From positions 44,794 through 108,793 of IMG/VR virus record IMGVR_UViG_2974628062_000001: a stretch of DNA of 64,000 nucleotides; one strand, 5' to 3'. The DNA is from a virus (lineage: Duplodnaviria > Heunggongvirae > Uroviricota > Caudoviricetes). The position numbers and the translations under genes are program-made. This document shows positions 62,324 through 64,000 of this stretch, piece by piece; the first letter of the stretch is position 1, and every line of letters starts with the position of its first letter. The notes below the pieces were generated by a model, which made no database searches, was not told the DNA's origin, and saw only the letters and a program-made list of their open reading frames with translations.

Positions 62324-63337
62324 ATGGACGCTGTTGAGAAGTACAAGAACATGGCTGCTTTCGCTTCTCTTCGTCGGAATGCGTGGTGGGACCTTGAGGG
62401 TGCTCACACTTTCGACAAGCCTGTGACCACTTCCGAAATGCTCGACCTTGCTCACCTTTCCAACTGGAATCTCCGCATGGAAGTTCTTGACACGGGTGAG
62501 TATTGTGACAGGGTTGAGTACAAGGTTCTTCGTGACAATCCCTTCATGGGTCGTGTTGAGCGACTGGGAATTGTTGGAACTCGGTATAAGCTGTTCTCGA
62601 ATGAGGAACTGTTCGCCTTTGGTGACAACCTCACCAATCAGCGGCGACGTTGGGAAACGGCAGGAAGTCTTTTCGGTGGTCGCACGGTTTTTGCTACCCT
62701 TGCTGACACTGAGGACATTGTTCTTGACCCCAAGGGTGCGGGTGACCGTATCAAGAAGTATCTGATGCTCACCACTTCTCACGATGGTTCGGGTAAGATT
62801 GTCGCCAAGAAGGTGAATACCCGAGTCGAATGTGCCAACACCCTGAACATGGCAATGCGGGAGAATGGCGCGGAATTCAGTATTCGTCACACTCAGAAGT
62901 TGGAAGGTCGTCTTGCAGAGGCTAAGCTTGCGCTTGGCTTTGCTGATGACTATGACGCTGAGTTCGAAGAGGCAATGAAGGTTCTTTACGCTAAGGACAT
63001 GACGCTTTCGCAGTTTGAGCGAATTGTTCTTGCGGAATTCCCTGAGCCGGATGCCGAAAAGAAGGGCGCTGTTACTCGGTGGGAAAACAAGGTTGACGAC
63101 ATCAAGAGTGTTTGGCGGGGTTCTTCTCGTTCCATGGACAACCTTCCGAACAATGCTTACAAGGGACTTCAGGTTCTCAGTGAGCACAACCAGTGGTTCC
63201 GTGGAATTCGAAAGGATTCCGAGACGGAAACTCCGAATGTTGAGAACTTCCTGGCAGCGGGGATGGGTTTCGATAAGCCCACCAATGATTTCCGTAACCG
63301 GGTCTTCGGTCGCATGATGGAGTTCGCTACTTCTTAA
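62324..63337 (+). CDS. hypothetical protein
   Basis: 337 aa; RBS AGGAG. Confidence 0.5.
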   Translation: MDAVEKYKNMAAFASLRRNAWWDLEGAHTFDKPVTTSEMLDLAHLSNWNLRMEVLDTGEYCDRVEYKVLRDNPFMGRVERLGIVGTRYKLFSNEELFAFGDNLTNQRRRWETAGSLFGGRTVFATLADTEDIVLDPKGAGDRIKKYLMLTTSHDGSGKIVAKKVNTRVECANTLNMAMRENGAEFSIRHTQKLEGRLAEAKLALGFADDYDAEFEEAMKVLYAKDMTLSQFERIVLAEFPEPDAEKKGAVTRWENKVDDIKSVWRGSSRSMDNLPNNAYKGLQVLSEHNQWFRGIRKDSETETPNVENFLAAGMGFDKPTNDFRNRVFGRMMEFATS

Positions 63338-63343
63338 GTAGCA

Positions 63344-63375
63344 GAGGGGGAGTCGAAAGACTCCCCCTCAAGCTT
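63344..63375 (+). repeat. GC hairpin + AAGCTT intergenic motif
   Basis: gagggggagtc-gaaa-gactccccctc then AAGCTT. Confidence 0.6.
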
Positions 63376-63391
63376 TTCCTAAGGAGGGAAT

Positions 63392-63574
63392 ATGAAGGAA
63401 TTTTGGTGGTCTGTAATTGGTTCTGCTGCAATTGGCGGGATTATTACAGGGGTCGCTAATAGCAATCAGTTCAATCAACACTGGAATTTCCTCATTGTGT
63501 GGGGGATACTCTTTGTGGTATATTGGATTCTGAGAGCAACAAAGGGCGATGCTGACTGGGACTTTGATTGGTGA
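63392..63574 (+). CDS. hypothetical small membrane protein
   Basis: RBS AAGGAGGG. Confidence 0.4.
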   Translation: MKEFWWSVIGSAAIGGIITGVANSNQFNQHWNFLIVWGILFVVYWILRATKGDADWDFDW

Positions 63575-63581
63575 AAGTCCG

Positions 63582-63601
63582 GGGGGTTCGCCCCCAAGCT
63601 T
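63582..63601 (+). repeat. GC hairpin + AAGCTT intergenic motif
   Basis: ggggg-ttcg-ccccc then AAGCTT then AGGAGG. Confidence 0.6.
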
Positions 63602-63617
63602 GTAAGGAGGAAAACAA

Positions 63618-63941
63618 TTGGATATGCCAAATCTATCTCAGGCAATTGACGTTCAAGCATTCGATGGTAAGCTATACTTTGACCTAGACAAGACGCTTGA
63701 AATCATGTTTGAGGTAGCTTCAACGTCTCAGGTGGTGGCAACAGAGAACCACGATGCTGCACTAGGCATCATGACGATGGGCATGGTAAGCATGTGTAGG
63801 GCTCTGGAAGCCGTTCTAGAGGCTCACAAGCCCCTGCTTGAGGAGAGATACCCCAAGAGGATTTGCAGCTTCTCTAAGGGCCATCCAGAGCACGTGTGGA
63901 TGCAAGCGCGTAGGCCGTTCCAGTGTCCTGGGGTTGCCTGA
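63618..63941 (+). CDS. hypothetical protein
   Basis: RBS AGGAGG; TTG or ATG start. Confidence 0.4.
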   Translation: MDMPNLSQAIDVQAFDGKLYFDLDKTLEIMFEVASTSQVVATENHDAALGIMTMGMVSMCRALEAVLEAHKPLLEERYPKRICSFSKGHPEHVWMQARRPFQCPGVA

Positions 63942-64000
63942 GGCTGGCAAACATGCTACACTAGATACATTCGTTGAGGTTATACACCTTTCTCTCATCG

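Noticed and set aside
62270-63187. 305-aa minus-strand ORF
   Set aside because: Antisense to the 62324-63337 + strand gene. Every credible gene in the window is on the + strand.
1-64000. integrase/attP, rRNA genes, tmRNA
   Set aside because: No tyrosine or serine recombinase motifs, no rRNA-like conserved blocks, and no tmRNA tag-peptide/tRNA-Ala-like pair were seen.

Overview
This 64 kb window looks like a segment of a large tailed dsDNA phage of an actinobacterial host. The host call is an inference from a WhiB-like and an Lsr2-like protein, and GC is about 50%. Every supported gene is on the + strand; the long minus-strand ORFs are antisense shadows. 1-19.3 kb is a replication and nucleotide-metabolism module followed by terminase: DnaB-like helicase (5' partial), DnaG primase, gp32-like SSB, Pol III alpha (DnaE-type), dUTPase, a RecA-like ATPase, Cas4-like and RuvC nucleases, dNMP kinase, 5'-nucleotidase, DnaQ exonuclease and a glycosyltransferase/cytidylyltransferase cassette. 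19.6-30.4 kb is a dense tRNA island, with further tRNAs scattered to 51.7 kb. I hand-folded about 32 tRNAs covering 19 amino acids, if the first UGG-loop tRNA-like element and the atypical second CAU tRNA are counted; no Thr tRNA was found. Coordinates are within a few nt and other tRNAs may have been missed. Embedded in the island is a Ro60/Rsr (TROVE+vWA) gene plus at least six copies of a repeated structured element. Each copy begins CGGGTCGGA-N8-GGTTATC, has long-range end pairing and carries internal T-arm/D-arm mimics, so they look like bacterial Y RNA (YrlA-type) genes. There is also a ~335 nt noncoding stretch with RNase P RNA hallmarks and two odd tRNA-like elements. Downstream is a T4-like tRNA repair pair (Pnkp with a near-identical C-terminus to T4 Pnk, and an Rnl1-like ligase with KKDGSL), a second Rnl2-like ligase, macro and NADAR domain proteins, an Hsp90/HtpG-like GHKL ATPase, a metallophosphatase, thioredoxin and an SPFH protein. 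A conserved intergenic element, a GC tetraloop hairpin followed immediately by (C)AAGCTT, occurs about 27 times just upstream of ribosome-binding sites. The same hairpin without AAGCTT sits 2-4 nt upstream of five tRNAs. Several TTGACA-N17/18-TAnnnT promoters and canonical terminators are visible. No CRISPR array, integrase or rRNA was seen.
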